Assembly (NCBI GenBank): GCA_038328755.1
Contig: JBBQMH010000005.1
Location: 88-64,087, forward strand
Direction of reading: 5' to 3'
DNA length: 64,000 bases
Source: Candidatus Limnocylindrales bacterium
GTDB lineage: Bacteria; Chloroflexota; Limnocylindria; Limnocylindrales; CSP1-4
The translations under genes and the position numbers were made by a program. Below the pieces are notes generated by a model. The model was not told the DNA's origin and searched no databases. It saw only the letters and a list, made by a program, of their open reading frames with translations. Positions 45,155 through 54,021 of this stretch are shown piece by piece; position 1 is the first letter of the stretch, and each line of letters starts with the position of its first letter.

Positions 45155-47229
45155 TTCGGCGACGGCACCAGGAGCGGCGAGTCGGGCGGGACGCCGATCT
45201 GGAGGATCCCGGTGATGCGCGCGTAGTGCGAGTAGTACGTCTCCTGGTGGATGACAGCTCCCGCCGCATCCTTGACAGTCCTGGTGACCCAGACATCCTT
45301 GCCATCGACGGCGTACTCGACGCGCTGCCGGGTGCCCGGCGCAAGGCTCGTCGTGTAGACGGTCGTGTCCCTGGCCTTGAGGACGTTCTTCACGATCGGC
45401 GTCGACAACGAAATCGTCCGGCCGGTCGGCACGGACCACAGGACGAACTTGACGTAGCCCTTGCTCCCGACGGACCAACCCGTTCCGCGGACCAGGATCG
45501 GGTACTCGGTGTCATTACGGAATGACATCGTCTGGACGGATCCTGAGCCACTGTCGAAGACGGTGGCGTCGAGTCCGAGCGGGTAGCGGTCGATGTAGTA
45601 GTAGTGGTTTCGACGCGCGCCCATCTCGAGACCCGCGCGGAGGGCCGCATTGAACAGGGTCGTCGAGCACGAGCAGATTCCGCCAGCAAGCGCGCCCTGT
45701 GGTTCGGTCTTTCCATTGATGATGGCCCCGCCGTCCTTGTAGCCAGCGTCACGCGTCACGGGACCGATGGCCTTCCAGAAGTCGAACCACGCACCGGGCA
45801 GGATCACCTTCCCATTGATCTCGCGGGCCGGGATCCAGATGTTCACGCCGCCGCCGTTCTTGATCCCGACGGGGAAGTAGGTCGTCCATTGGGAAATCGG
45901 CTTCATGAGGGGGGCGGTCTTCGTCGCCTCGGCCGTCGACAGCGAGGGCGCGATGGTTGTCACGGTGATGGGCACCCGGGAGACACTGAGGCCACCCGCA
46001 CGCACGTTGACCATCCGGGCGAGCGCGTCGACCGTCTTGACCACATCGAGGGCGCGTCCATCCTTGGCCTCGGTGACGCCGACCACCTGCCTGTCGTTTG
46101 CGAACAGGAAGCTGGCATCCACCGGATCTCTGGCGATGTCCGCCGCGAGTGGGGCGAGGCCCGCCTCGAGGCCCTCCCGGGCAACGATCGGTCCGTACCT
46201 GCCGTCCGGGGTGACGGCGAAGGAGATCCAGCCGCGCATGGCCGCGGCGGTGATGGTCCACGACCGCGCGCCATCGGTGAGCGTCGTGTCGACGGCGATC
46301 CGGTCGGCCGCATCCCGGGCAGCGGTGGCGGCGTCCGTGGTCACATCCGGAGCCACCGGGGCGAGGGACATCTCGATCCGGATCTCGCTTGACGACGCGG
46401 GGTCGCTCAGCACAGCCTCCGCAGCCCGGATCGTGTCGTCGACGTTGCCGAGCCGCCCATCTGCGCCGGGCTCCAGGATGAATCCGGCGTCCCGGACCTC
46501 CACGGAGGCGTCGGTCGGCTGGACCGCAACCTGCGCCGCCAGGACCTCGACCTCACGCCGGAGCGCGGCCCGCTCAAAGGTCGCGGACGGCGCCACGTCG
46601 GTTCCACGAACGAGGATGCGCACGTTCTCGGCGATGCGCTGGAACGTCGCGCCATCCCGCCCGATCGCCATGGCGCGAACGACGATGGCATCCACGTCGA
46701 TGCGCCGGCCGAGGTCGGCAAACGTGACCGCTCTCTCCGTATCGCCGGCCCCGAGCACCAGGGTCCCGTCGCCAAGCGGGGCATAGGCCTCCCGTAGCCT
46801 GGCTGCCGCGGCCGAGGGCGAGAGGCCCGACAGGTCAACGTCCCCGCTATGGACTCCGGGAAGGATGCGGGTCGCGTTGGACGACTCGTAGGCGGCCAGC
46901 GCGCCGGCGGTCACGGCCAGCATGGCGAGCAGCCCAAAGGCGAACGCGATCAGGAATCGCGCGACGGGGCGCGGGCCTCGGCGCGTCACAGCCGGAGTCG
47001 CCTCCCCAACCACCTCCGCCGGTGCGTCGGCGCTCACCTGCCCCTGAACGTCGGCGACAACGCCTGCGTCGCCCGAAGCGAGATCGGGCTCGAGCGCAGG
47101 TGGACCGGGATCGGCCGCGGGGACTACGGGTTCCGTCGCGGCGAACTCAGCCACCTTGGACTCGGCAGCGCTGGGCGCTGAGGAGGCGGCCGGCTCGCTC
47201 GCCGAGCGTTTGGTCCGTTTCTTTGTCAT
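45151..47229 (-). CDS. VanW-domain cell-wall protein (membrane-anchored)
   Basis: From the Met at 47229: MTKKRTKRSA..., then a TM segment. The C-terminal region ILPGAWFDFWKAIGPVTRDAGYKDGGAIINGK...GGICSCSTTLFNAALRAGLEM...YIDRYPLGLDATV matches VanW domain features. Confidence 0.72.
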   Translation of the reverse strand: MTKKRTKRSASEPAASSAPSAAESKVAEFAATEPVVPAADPGPPALEPDLASGDAGVVADVQGQVSADAPAEVVGEATPAVTRRGPRPVARFLIAFAFGLLAMLAVTAGALAAYESSNATRILPGVHSGDVDLSGLSPSAAAARLREAYAPLGDGTLVLGAGDTERAVTFADLGRRIDVDAIVVRAMAIGRDGATFQRIAENVRILVRGTDVAPSATFERAALRREVEVLAAQVAVQPTDASVEVRDAGFILEPGADGRLGNVDDTIRAAEAVLSDPASSSEIRIEMSLAPVAPDVTTDAATAARDAADRIAVDTTLTDGARSWTITAAAMRGWISFAVTPDGRYGPIVAREGLEAGLAPLAADIARDPVDASFLFANDRQVVGVTEAKDGRALDVVKTVDALARMVNVRAGGLSVSRVPITVTTIAPSLSTAEATKTAPLMKPISQWTTYFPVGIKNGGGVNIWIPAREINGKVILPGAWFDFWKAIGPVTRDAGYKDGGAIINGKTEPQGALAGGICSCSTTLFNAALRAGLEMGARRNHYYYIDRYPLGLDATVFDSGSGSVQTMSFRNDTEYPILVRGTGWSVGSKGYVKFVLWSVPTGRTISLSTPIVKNVLKARDTTVYTTSLAPGTRQRVEYAVDGKDVWVTRTVKDAAGAVIHQETYYSHYARITGILQIGVPPDSPLLVPSPN

Positions 47230-47359
47230 GCGTTCGGTCCCCGGGCGTTGATCGAGACGGGTCTGCGCGTGGCGACCGCACCCGCTGGTGGACCGCCATC
47301 CTAGCGGCTCCGGTCCAGATTGACCCTCGGGAATCGAGCGTGTTCGAACTCCGGGCGCG

Positions 47360-48382
47360 TCAGCCGGTTCGCGGCAGGACGATGATCCGTCGATTTGGCT
47401 CCTCGCCGATCGACTGGGTCGCGACGTCTGGATGATTCCGCAGGGCCAGATGGACCCAGCGTCGCTCGAGGGCGGGCATGGCCTCAAGTTGGAGCATCTT
47501 GCCGGTCTCGATCACTCGCTGCGCAGCTCGCTCGGCGATCTCGCGAAGCTGGCGCTCGCGTCGTCCCCGGTAGTCCTCGACGTCCACGAGGATGCGCGTC
47601 CAGGTGCCCATCTCGCGCGACAGCATCAGGTTCACGATGTGCTGGAGAGCGCTCAGTCGCTCGCCCTTTCGCCCGATCAGAGCTCCGAGCTCCTCCCGCT
47701 CGTCCTCCTCGCCGGTCACGTTGAGCCGGCTCGTCTCGCTGGATTCGATCGAAACATGGACGTCGAAGCCCATCAGGTCGAGCAGCTTCTCCAGGATCAG
47801 CTTGCCGGCGGCGAGGGCCTCGGGCGACGCTTCCGCAGCCTCCAGCTCAGCACGCTCGACGGCGACCGAGCCGCGCAGGGCGGTGAGTTCGGCGACCTCT
47901 CCGGCGGTGAGCTCGTTGGTCCGGCGCGGGGCGGGCGCGTCATGACGTGGTGGGCGCCCGCTATCCCGGCGTGGTCGGTCGTCGCGTCGGGGCCGCTCGG
48001 GGCGATCCTCCCGGCTGGGACGGTCTTCCCGGGGTGGTCGCTCCTCGCGTGGGGCCGGCGCATCGGCCGGACGATCGTCCCGGCGTGGTGCGCCGTCGCC
48101 ATCGCGATTGAACGAGGGTCGAGGGCCGCGATCCTCTCGGACCGGCGGGGGTGTCGGCAGCGGCCTGGCGGAAGCGGCGTCACGCTTGGGAGCCGCCCCT
48201 CCGAGTTCAGAGCGAGGAGCCGCGAGAATTCGAGCGGGCTCGGCGCCCATCCCGAGGACCCCACGGCTGCCGGAGGTCAGGATCTCGAAATCGAGATCCT
48301 CGAGGCCCGCCCCGAATGCCTCGCGGGCGAGTCGGAGGGCTTCTTCGACACTCTTGCCAGTGAATTCACGGTAGGCGCTCAT
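47360..48382 (-). CDS. jag: Jag/KhpB RNA-binding protein (Jag_N, KH, R3H)
   Basis: From the Met at 48382: MSAYREFTGKSVEEALRLAREAFG... A long Arg/Asp/Pro-rich linker follows. The KH-like segment is GALIGRKGERLSALQHIVN and the R3H-like segment is RRWVHLALRNHPDVATQSIGEEPNRRIIV. It lies downstream of yidC. Confidence 0.85.
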   Translation of the reverse strand: MSAYREFTGKSVEEALRLAREAFGAGLEDLDFEILTSGSRGVLGMGAEPARILAAPRSELGGAAPKRDAASARPLPTPPPVREDRGPRPSFNRDGDGAPRRDDRPADAPAPREERPPREDRPSREDRPERPRRDDRPRRDSGRPPRHDAPAPRRTNELTAGEVAELTALRGSVAVERAELEAAEASPEALAAGKLILEKLLDLMGFDVHVSIESSETSRLNVTGEEDEREELGALIGRKGERLSALQHIVNLMLSREMGTWTRILVDVEDYRGRRERQLREIAERAAQRVIETGKMLQLEAMPALERRWVHLALRNHPDVATQSIGEEPNRRIIVLPRTG

Positions 48383-48401
48383 GATCGGTTCAGCCTCATG
48401 T

Positions 48402-49586
48402 TCATCGTCGTCTCCCTCGTCGGCCCTGGCGGCCGCGCTGGCGGACGGTTGCCGCCGCAGACGCGGATCGGTCCAGGGCGGACCGCTCTGACTTGGGTTG
48501 CGCGGGCGCTCCCGCCTCGCGTTTGGTGGGGGTCGGCGCCGTTGCAGCGGCGACCGGGAAGCGCGGTTCGTGACCCACGGCGAATCCGGGGGTCCAGCCG
48601 AAGATCGGGAACATCCCGCCCCAGCCAATGATCAGGTACTGCTGCACGATCGAGAAGAGGGTCGACCCGATCCAGTAGAGGAACAGGCCGGCCGGCAGGA
48701 TGCTGCCGTAGATCAGCGAGATGAACGGCAAGAAGATCGCCATCTGGCGCTGGGTCTTCGCATTGGTGTCGTCGGCGCCGGCTGCGGCGGCGGGTGGCAT
48801 CGTCATGCGCGAGGCCACGAGCTGCACGAGTGACGAGATGACGGCCAGGATGCTCAGTCCGGAGAAGAGAGCGCCGGGCTTGCCGAGGAACACCTCGGGA
48901 ATGCCCCAGTTGACGCCGAAGGCGTTCGGGTTGAGGCAGGGGTTGAGGACGTGCTGGCCGGTGACGTCGAAGATCGGTGCGGCGGCACAGCCGAGATCGA
49001 GGATCCGGAACCCGAAGGCATCGAGCATGGCCTGTGGGTTGACGTTCTGGAGCCCCTGGCTGAAGACCGAATAGAGCGGGATCAGCAGGAGCATCTGCAT
49101 GAACGCGGGCAGACAGCCAGCCGGCGAGACGCCGCGTTCCTTGTAGAGCGCCGCCGTGGCCTGCTGGATCTTGACCCGATCGCCCTTGAAGCGACGGTTG
49201 ATCTCCTTGACCTCCGGCCCGATCAGTTGCATCCGCCGCGTGGAGACGATCTGGCGTCGGAAGACCGGGATCAGGACGATCTTGATGAGCAGGGTCAGGA
49301 GGATGATCGCGATGGCGATGTTGCCGGTCGCCTTGTCGAGCAAGGTGAGCGTGATGAAGAACGCCTGGAAGATCGGGGTGAACAGCCAGGCCAGGACGCT
49401 GAACGGATCGGCCTTGAGCGGCGCCGGCTCAAGTGGGATGCCGGCCTGCGGCGTCGGGGTTGGAGCGGCGGTCACGCCAGGGGCCAGGCTCTGGGCCACG
49501 CCCGGGACGCAGGCAGCGACCAACAGGAGCACGAGTCCGATGACGAGCACCGGCGCAAGGCGCTTCAACCAGATGGGGGACGGCAC
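48402..49586 (-). CDS. yidC: Membrane protein insertase YidC
   Basis: 394 aa. Contains LLTLLIKIVLIPVFRRQIVSTRRMQLIGPEVKEINRRFKGD and CLPAFMQMLLLIPLY. The C-terminal tail is basic. Confidence 0.92.
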   Translation of the reverse strand: MPSPIWLKRLAPVLVIGLVLLLVAACVPGVAQSLAPGVTAAPTPTPQAGIPLEPAPLKADPFSVLAWLFTPIFQAFFITLTLLDKATGNIAIAIILLTLLIKIVLIPVFRRQIVSTRRMQLIGPEVKEINRRFKGDRVKIQQATAALYKERGVSPAGCLPAFMQMLLLIPLYSVFSQGLQNVNPQAMLDAFGFRILDLGCAAAPIFDVTGQHVLNPCLNPNAFGVNWGIPEVFLGKPGALFSGLSILAVISSLVQLVASRMTMPPAAAAGADDTNAKTQRQMAIFLPFISLIYGSILPAGLFLYWIGSTLFSIVQQYLIIGWGGMFPIFGWTPGFAVGHEPRFPVAAATAPTPTKREAGAPAQPKSERSALDRSASAAATVRQRGRQGRRGRRR

Positions 49587-49601
49587 GTCAGGTTCCCTCG
49601 T

Positions 49602-49808
49602 TCAACGGACTGGATCGTAGCCGCCGGGGTTGCCCGGGTGGCAGCTCGCGATTCGGCGAGCCCCCATCCAGCCACCCCTGAACAGGCCGTACTTTTCGAC
49701 GGCCTGTTCGGTGTAGCGAGAGCAGGACGGCTCGTAGCGGCATGAGGACGGCAGCCACGCGAAGACGAATCGGTATAGGCGGATGAGCCCGATCCCGATG
49801 TGCTTCAC
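49602..49808 (-). CDS. yidD: Membrane protein insertion efficiency factor YidD
   Basis: LIRLYRFVFAWLPSSCRYEPSCSRYTEQAVEKYG... Confidence 0.93.
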   Translation of the reverse strand: MKHIGIGLIRLYRFVFAWLPSSCRYEPSCSRYTEQAVEKYGLFRGGWMGARRIASCHPGNPGGYDPVR

Positions 49809-50137
49809 CTATCGCTCCCTTCAAGAACCCCGCTGCGGGCGAGTTGCCGGTTCAGCGTCTTCACCACCATCTCGTAGTCGACGCCGACGAGCGCCGGCCG
49901 GGCGATCAGCAGTACGTCCCAGCCCGGCTGGACGGACGGCATCATCGCCCTCAGTGCCTCACGGATCCGCCGCCTGATCTTGTTCCGCACGACGGCCGAG
50001 CCGACCGATCGGCTGGTCGCCATGGCAAAACGTGTCGTATCGAGGTCTGTCCGAAGGACACGGGCCGCAAGGAGGGGGTGGGACCTCATGGTGCCACGCT
50101 CCTGGAGGGCCGAGAAATCCTGCGGACGGGAGAGCAT
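49805..50137 (-). CDS. rnpA: RNase P protein component
   Basis: LSRPQDFSALQERG and GSAVVRNKIRRRIREAL (the RNR motif). The start is uncertain (50137 up to about 50182). Confidence 0.82.
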   Translation of the reverse strand: MLSRPQDFSALQERGTMRSHPLLAARVLRTDLDTTRFAMATSRSVGSAVVRNKIRRRIREALRAMMPSVQPGWDVLLIARPALVGVDYEMVVKTLNRQLARSGVLEGSDR

Positions 50138-50172
50138 CACGATGCGCGTCCTGGATGGGGCGCGCTCGCTCG

Positions 50173-50307
50173 TCAGGCCGACAGGCGCTTTCGACCGCGG
50201 GCCCGGCGCGCGGCGAGGACGCGGCGGCCGCCGGATGACTTCATCCGGGCGCGGAAGCCGTGTTCCTTGGCGCGGTGTCGCTTCTTGGGCTGAAAGGTCT
50301 GCTTCAT
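50173..50307 (-). CDS. rpmH: 50S ribosomal protein L34
   Basis: Too short for the ORF track. My translation is [44 protein letters not shown], followed by a stop. Confidence 0.96.
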   Translation of the reverse strand: MKQTFQPKKRHRAKEHGFRARMKSSGGRRVLAARRARGRKRLSA

Positions 50308-50425
50308 CGGGACTGCGCGGAATCCTCTCCATCAGGCCTCGGGTCCGGGTCGATTGGCATGACCCCTAGAGGCACATAAACGCGCCGAGCGCCCACTGGC
50401 GCATGGCGCGTTCGTCGTCCGTGGG

Positions 50426-50455
50426 ATGATATGCCCCCTTTCGAAGGGGTGTCAA
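50426..50455 (-). promoter_or_regulatory. Candidate promoter for rpmH-rnpA-yidD-yidC-jag
   Basis: The minus strand reads TTGACA, an 18-nt spacer, then TATCAT. The spacer contains the palindrome CCCCTTCGAAAGGGG. Confidence 0.45.
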
Positions 50456-50964
50456 ACGCGATCAACGGGTGAACTGATCCTGCGCGCCGGGCTGCGGGGC
50501 GGCCCGGCCGGGATGCCTGCCAGGACGCCTGCACGCCCAGCGTGCGTATCGTCGATCCGTGCCCACCTGAACACGTCTTCGGGGCTCGATCCGCTCTCCT
50601 CGCGTGCAATGTGCCGACTTTCAGGGCCGCGCCGGCCCAATGCAGCACGCTTCGCGTGCGGGAGGTCAACCCGATCAGAGATGCGCTCGCTGTGCGTTCA
50701 GCCGCTGGTTCAGCTTCATGGAGCAATACTCCTGGGGAGTATCTCCGAAACGCGTTGCGCGGCCCGGGTGGCGGTGCTATCTTTCGAACCCCCCGCAACC
50801 CCGAGGAGCGCAATTGCGGCCTTGGTCGAGGGGGACGGATCCCGGCCAAGAGGTCAATCCGGAGGCCCACAGACACTCGCGCGACGCTCCCGGCCTCGGG
50901 CCCTTCGGTCCGCGATCAAGCGTCGGTCCACTTGAGACCCTGCACAGAGAGCCGTCATCGACGA

Positions 50965-52356
50965 ATGGATGCGAAGCAGGTCTGGCGCGCCGCCCTCGGG
51001 GAACTGCAGGTTTCGCTTTCCCCGGCCAACTTCGAGACGTGGCTCCGCGAGACCACGCTCATCGACGTTGATGACAATCGATTCCGGATCGCCGTCCCGA
51101 ATGGCTTCGCCAAGGACTGGCTCGAGAGTCGCTACCGCTCGCTGATCTCCCAGACGCTGGCCCGGATCGTCGGCTACAGTGTCCAGGTCGAATTCGTGGT
51201 TGGAACCGCCCCCGAGCACGCGGCCGAGGCCGACACGATGGCCCCACCGGCAGCCACCGAGCGCCCGGTCTCGACGCCCAGTTCGCAGCACGTGCGCGTG
51301 GAGGCGACGCGGGTCGGCGGTGAGGGCGGTGCCACCTACCTGAATGCTCGCTACACGTTTGCCAACTTCATCGTCGGCTCGGCCAACCGCCTCGCACATG
51401 CGGCGAGCCTGTCCGTGGCCGAGCGCCCGGGGCACGCCTATAACCCGCTCTTCCTGTACGGCGGGGTCGGCCTCGGCAAGACGCACCTGATGCACGCGAT
51501 CGGCAACCAGGTGATGGCCAAGTTCCCGCGGAAGCGCGTCGTCTACGCGACCTCGGAGAAGTTCACGAACGAGTTCATCACCTCGATCCAGCAGGGCAAG
51601 ATCGATGAGTTCCGCGCCCGCTACCGACGGATCGACCTCCTGCTCATCGATGACATCCAGTTCATCGCCGACAAGGAACGGACCCAGGAAGAGTTCTTCC
51701 ACACCTTCAATGCCATCCACGAGGACGGGAAGCAGATCGTCCTGTCCTCCGACCGACCACCGAAGGGCATCGTCACGCTCGAGGAGCGCCTGCGCAGCCG
51801 CTTCGAGTGGGGCCTGATCGCCGACCTCACGGCGCCCGACCTCGAGACCCGGATCGCGATCCTGCGGGCCAAGGCCGAGGAGGGCGGCGTGCCGATGACC
51901 TCCGACGTGATCGAGTTCATCGCCCGCAAGGTCGTCAGCAATATCCGCGAGCTCGAGGGGGCCCTGAACCGGATCGTCGCCTACGCGTCGATGGGCGCCA
52001 TGCCCATCTCGATCGAGCTGGCCCAGGCCGTCCTCTCCAACGTCCTCTACAACCCCAAGAAGCGACAGATCACACCCGAGCGGATCGTCAAGGCCGTCTC
52101 GGAGTACTACGGGGTCGGTCTGGACGCGCTGAAGGGCCAGAAGCGCGACAAGGCCATCGTGATGCCGCGCCAGATTGCCATGTTCCTGATGCGATCCGAG
52201 ACGGACGTGTCGCTCATGCGGATCGGCGCCGAGCTCGGAGGGCGGGATCATTCGACCGTCCTGCACGCGTGCGACAAGATCACCCGCGAGACGGGCGCCA
52301 ACGACGAGCTTCGGCGCGAGGTCTCGGCCGTCCGGGAGTTGATCTACTCCGACTGA
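50965..52356 (+). CDS. dnaA: Chromosomal replication initiator DnaA
   Basis: From the internal ATG at 50965: MDAKQVWRAALGELQVSLSPANFETWL... Contains Walker A GGVGLGKTHLMHAIGN, LLIDDIQF, and the C-terminal DNA-binding segment GGRDHSTVLHACDKI. Confidence 0.96.
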   Translation: MDAKQVWRAALGELQVSLSPANFETWLRETTLIDVDDNRFRIAVPNGFAKDWLESRYRSLISQTLARIVGYSVQVEFVVGTAPEHAAEADTMAPPAATERPVSTPSSQHVRVEATRVGGEGGATYLNARYTFANFIVGSANRLAHAASLSVAERPGHAYNPLFLYGGVGLGKTHLMHAIGNQVMAKFPRKRVVYATSEKFTNEFITSIQQGKIDEFRARYRRIDLLLIDDIQFIADKERTQEEFFHTFNAIHEDGKQIVLSSDRPPKGIVTLEERLRSRFEWGLIADLTAPDLETRIAILRAKAEEGGVPMTSDVIEFIARKVVSNIRELEGALNRIVAYASMGAMPISIELAQAVLSNVLYNPKKRQITPERIVKAVSEYYGVGLDALKGQKRDKAIVMPRQIAMFLMRSETDVSLMRIGAELGGRDHSTVLHACDKITRETGANDELRREVSAVRELIYSD

Positions 52357-52360
52357 CCGG

Positions 52361-52426
52361 CGAGCCCGGCACGGGCGCTGCGCTGGCTCCGGCGCGAGCC
52401 CGGCACGGGCGCTGCGCTGGCTCCGG
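52361..52426 (+). repeat. 34-bp direct tandem duplication immediately after the dnaA stop
   Basis: cgagcccggcacgggcgctgcgctggctccgg occurs at 52361-52392 and again at 52395-52426. Each copy holds the small hairpin GCCCG-gca-CGGGC. Confidence 0.9.
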
Positions 52427-52469
52427 ATCCCTCTTTCGCCGCCGCCCAGCTCGGCTGCGGGCGCTCATC

Positions 52470-52800
52470 CGGCCCACTCGTGGACAAGTGCGCGCTCGCC
52501 GGTGGAGAACCGGCCGCCAGGAGCTCGTCTCGGCCCGTCCGGCTGCAGTCAACGCCAGGACCGATGTGGAGTCTCACCAGTAACTCGGCCCAGGCTGGCG
52601 GGCGTATCCACAGGCAGGCGGCCGCGATCCCCTGGTTCCGACGGCTTCCACGACACCCGTCCACACGGACCGGGCTGGCATCCACGGGTCGGTCCCGCAC
52701 GATCAAGCGTGGTCGTGCACCGTATCCACACCATGATGATGACGGTGATGACTTCGTACTATGGAGATGAATGAACACTACCCGGGTGGAGTCCGGATCC
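52470..52800. other. Candidate oriC: DnaA-box cluster plus AT-richer unwinding-type segment in the dnaA-dnaN spacer
   Basis: Box-like 9-mers with a TCCAC core: cTTGTCCAC (52480-52488, minus), GTATCCACA (52604-52612), gCTTCCACG (52644-52652), CCGTCCACA (52657-52665), GCATCCACG (52678-52686) and GTATCCACA (52722-52730). They are followed by ccatgatgatgacggtgatgacttcgtactatggagatgaatgaacactac (52731-52781). Confidence 0.5.
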
Positions 52801-52897
52801 AGCGGTCCGAGCGGCCTGCGTCCGACCCGCGACGGGCGGTTGCCCGCTACCATCTGACGAGATCATCTGACGTCACCCGTTGTCGGAGTGGACCACT

Positions 52898-54016
52898 GTG
52901 AAACTCTCGGTCATGCAGGAGAACCTGGCGCGCGGCCTGTCCGTCGTCAGCCGCGCGGTCTCGGCGCGCAGCACGCTGCCCGTCCTGGCCAACGTCCTGC
53001 TTCGAACCGAGGACGCCGGACTCAAACTGACGGCCACCAATCTCGAGATCGGAATCACGTACTGGGTTCCGGGCAAGATCGAATCGGACGGCGCGACCAC
53101 GGTTCCGGCCAAGCTCCTGACCGACCTCGTCAACTCCCTCCAGGGTGGCGACCGGATCGACCTCGATCTTGGGCCTGGCGAGACGCTGGATCTCCGCTGC
53201 GGCCGCTTCGCCTCACACCTCAAGGGGATCGACGCAGAGGAGTTCCCGGCCATTCAGACGACCGGCGAGCGACCAACGACCCGGATCGCCCAGAACGTCC
53301 TCCGCGAGGCGCTTGAGCAGACGGCCTTCGCCGCGGCGACCGACGAGGCGCGCCCGATCCTCACCGGCGTGCTCTGCCGTTTCGAAGGGGGCTCCCTGAC
53401 CCTGGCGGCCGCCGACAACTACCGGATCGCGGTCAAGACCATTCCGATCCTCGATACCGTCACTGACACGAGCGTCGTCGTGCCGGCCCGGGCGCTGACC
53501 GAGCTCATGCGCGTGCTCACGGACTCCGACAGCCCCGTCGAGATCGTGCTGGCCCAGGCTCGCAACCAGATCCTGTTCCACCTCGACGGTATCGACCTGG
53601 TCAGCCGGCTGATCGACGGCCAGTTCCCCAACTACCAGTCGGTGATGCCGACTGCCCACACGACACGGGCCATCCTGGACCGGGAGGAGCTGCTGCGCGC
53701 GGTTCGCCCGGCGGCCCTGATCGCCCACGAATCGGCGAACATCGTGAAGCTCCAGGTCGGGGGTGATGGCGAGCCGGGGATCACGGTCAGTGCCAACGCC
53801 GAAATCGGCGACCACGTCGGTCAGGTCGAGGCGAGCGTCGAGGGCGACGGAACCACGATCGCGTTCAACGCCAAATACCTCGCCGACGTCCTGACGAACG
53901 TGACCGCGGACCAGTTCGCGCTTGAACTCCAGGGCCCTCTGGCGCCCGGCGTCTTCAAGCCAATCGGCGACGACCAGTACGTCCACGTCGTCATGCCGGT
54001 CCGCACGACCTCCTAG
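52898..54016 (+). CDS. dnaN: DNA polymerase III beta sliding clamp
   Basis: The track ORF starts at TTG 52880. I prefer GTG 52898 (MKLSVMQENLARGL...), which has GGAG 9 nt upstream. The organisation is typical of a three-domain clamp, about 372 aa. Confidence 0.93.
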   Translation: MKLSVMQENLARGLSVVSRAVSARSTLPVLANVLLRTEDAGLKLTATNLEIGITYWVPGKIESDGATTVPAKLLTDLVNSLQGGDRIDLDLGPGETLDLRCGRFASHLKGIDAEEFPAIQTTGERPTTRIAQNVLREALEQTAFAAATDEARPILTGVLCRFEGGSLTLAAADNYRIAVKTIPILDTVTDTSVVVPARALTELMRVLTDSDSPVEIVLAQARNQILFHLDGIDLVSRLIDGQFPNYQSVMPTAHTTRAILDREELLRAVRPAALIAHESANIVKLQVGGDGEPGITVSANAEIGDHVGQVEASVEGDGTTIAFNAKYLADVLTNVTADQFALELQGPLAPGVFKPIGDDQYVHVVMPVRTTS

Positions 54017-54021
54017 AGGCC

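Noticed and set aside
50426-50935. 169-aa plus-strand ORF in the rpmH-dnaA spacer
   Set aside because: It is Arg/Ser/Pro/Ala-rich with no motif, overlaps the rpmH promoter, and I recognised no RBS. It is treated as non-coding.
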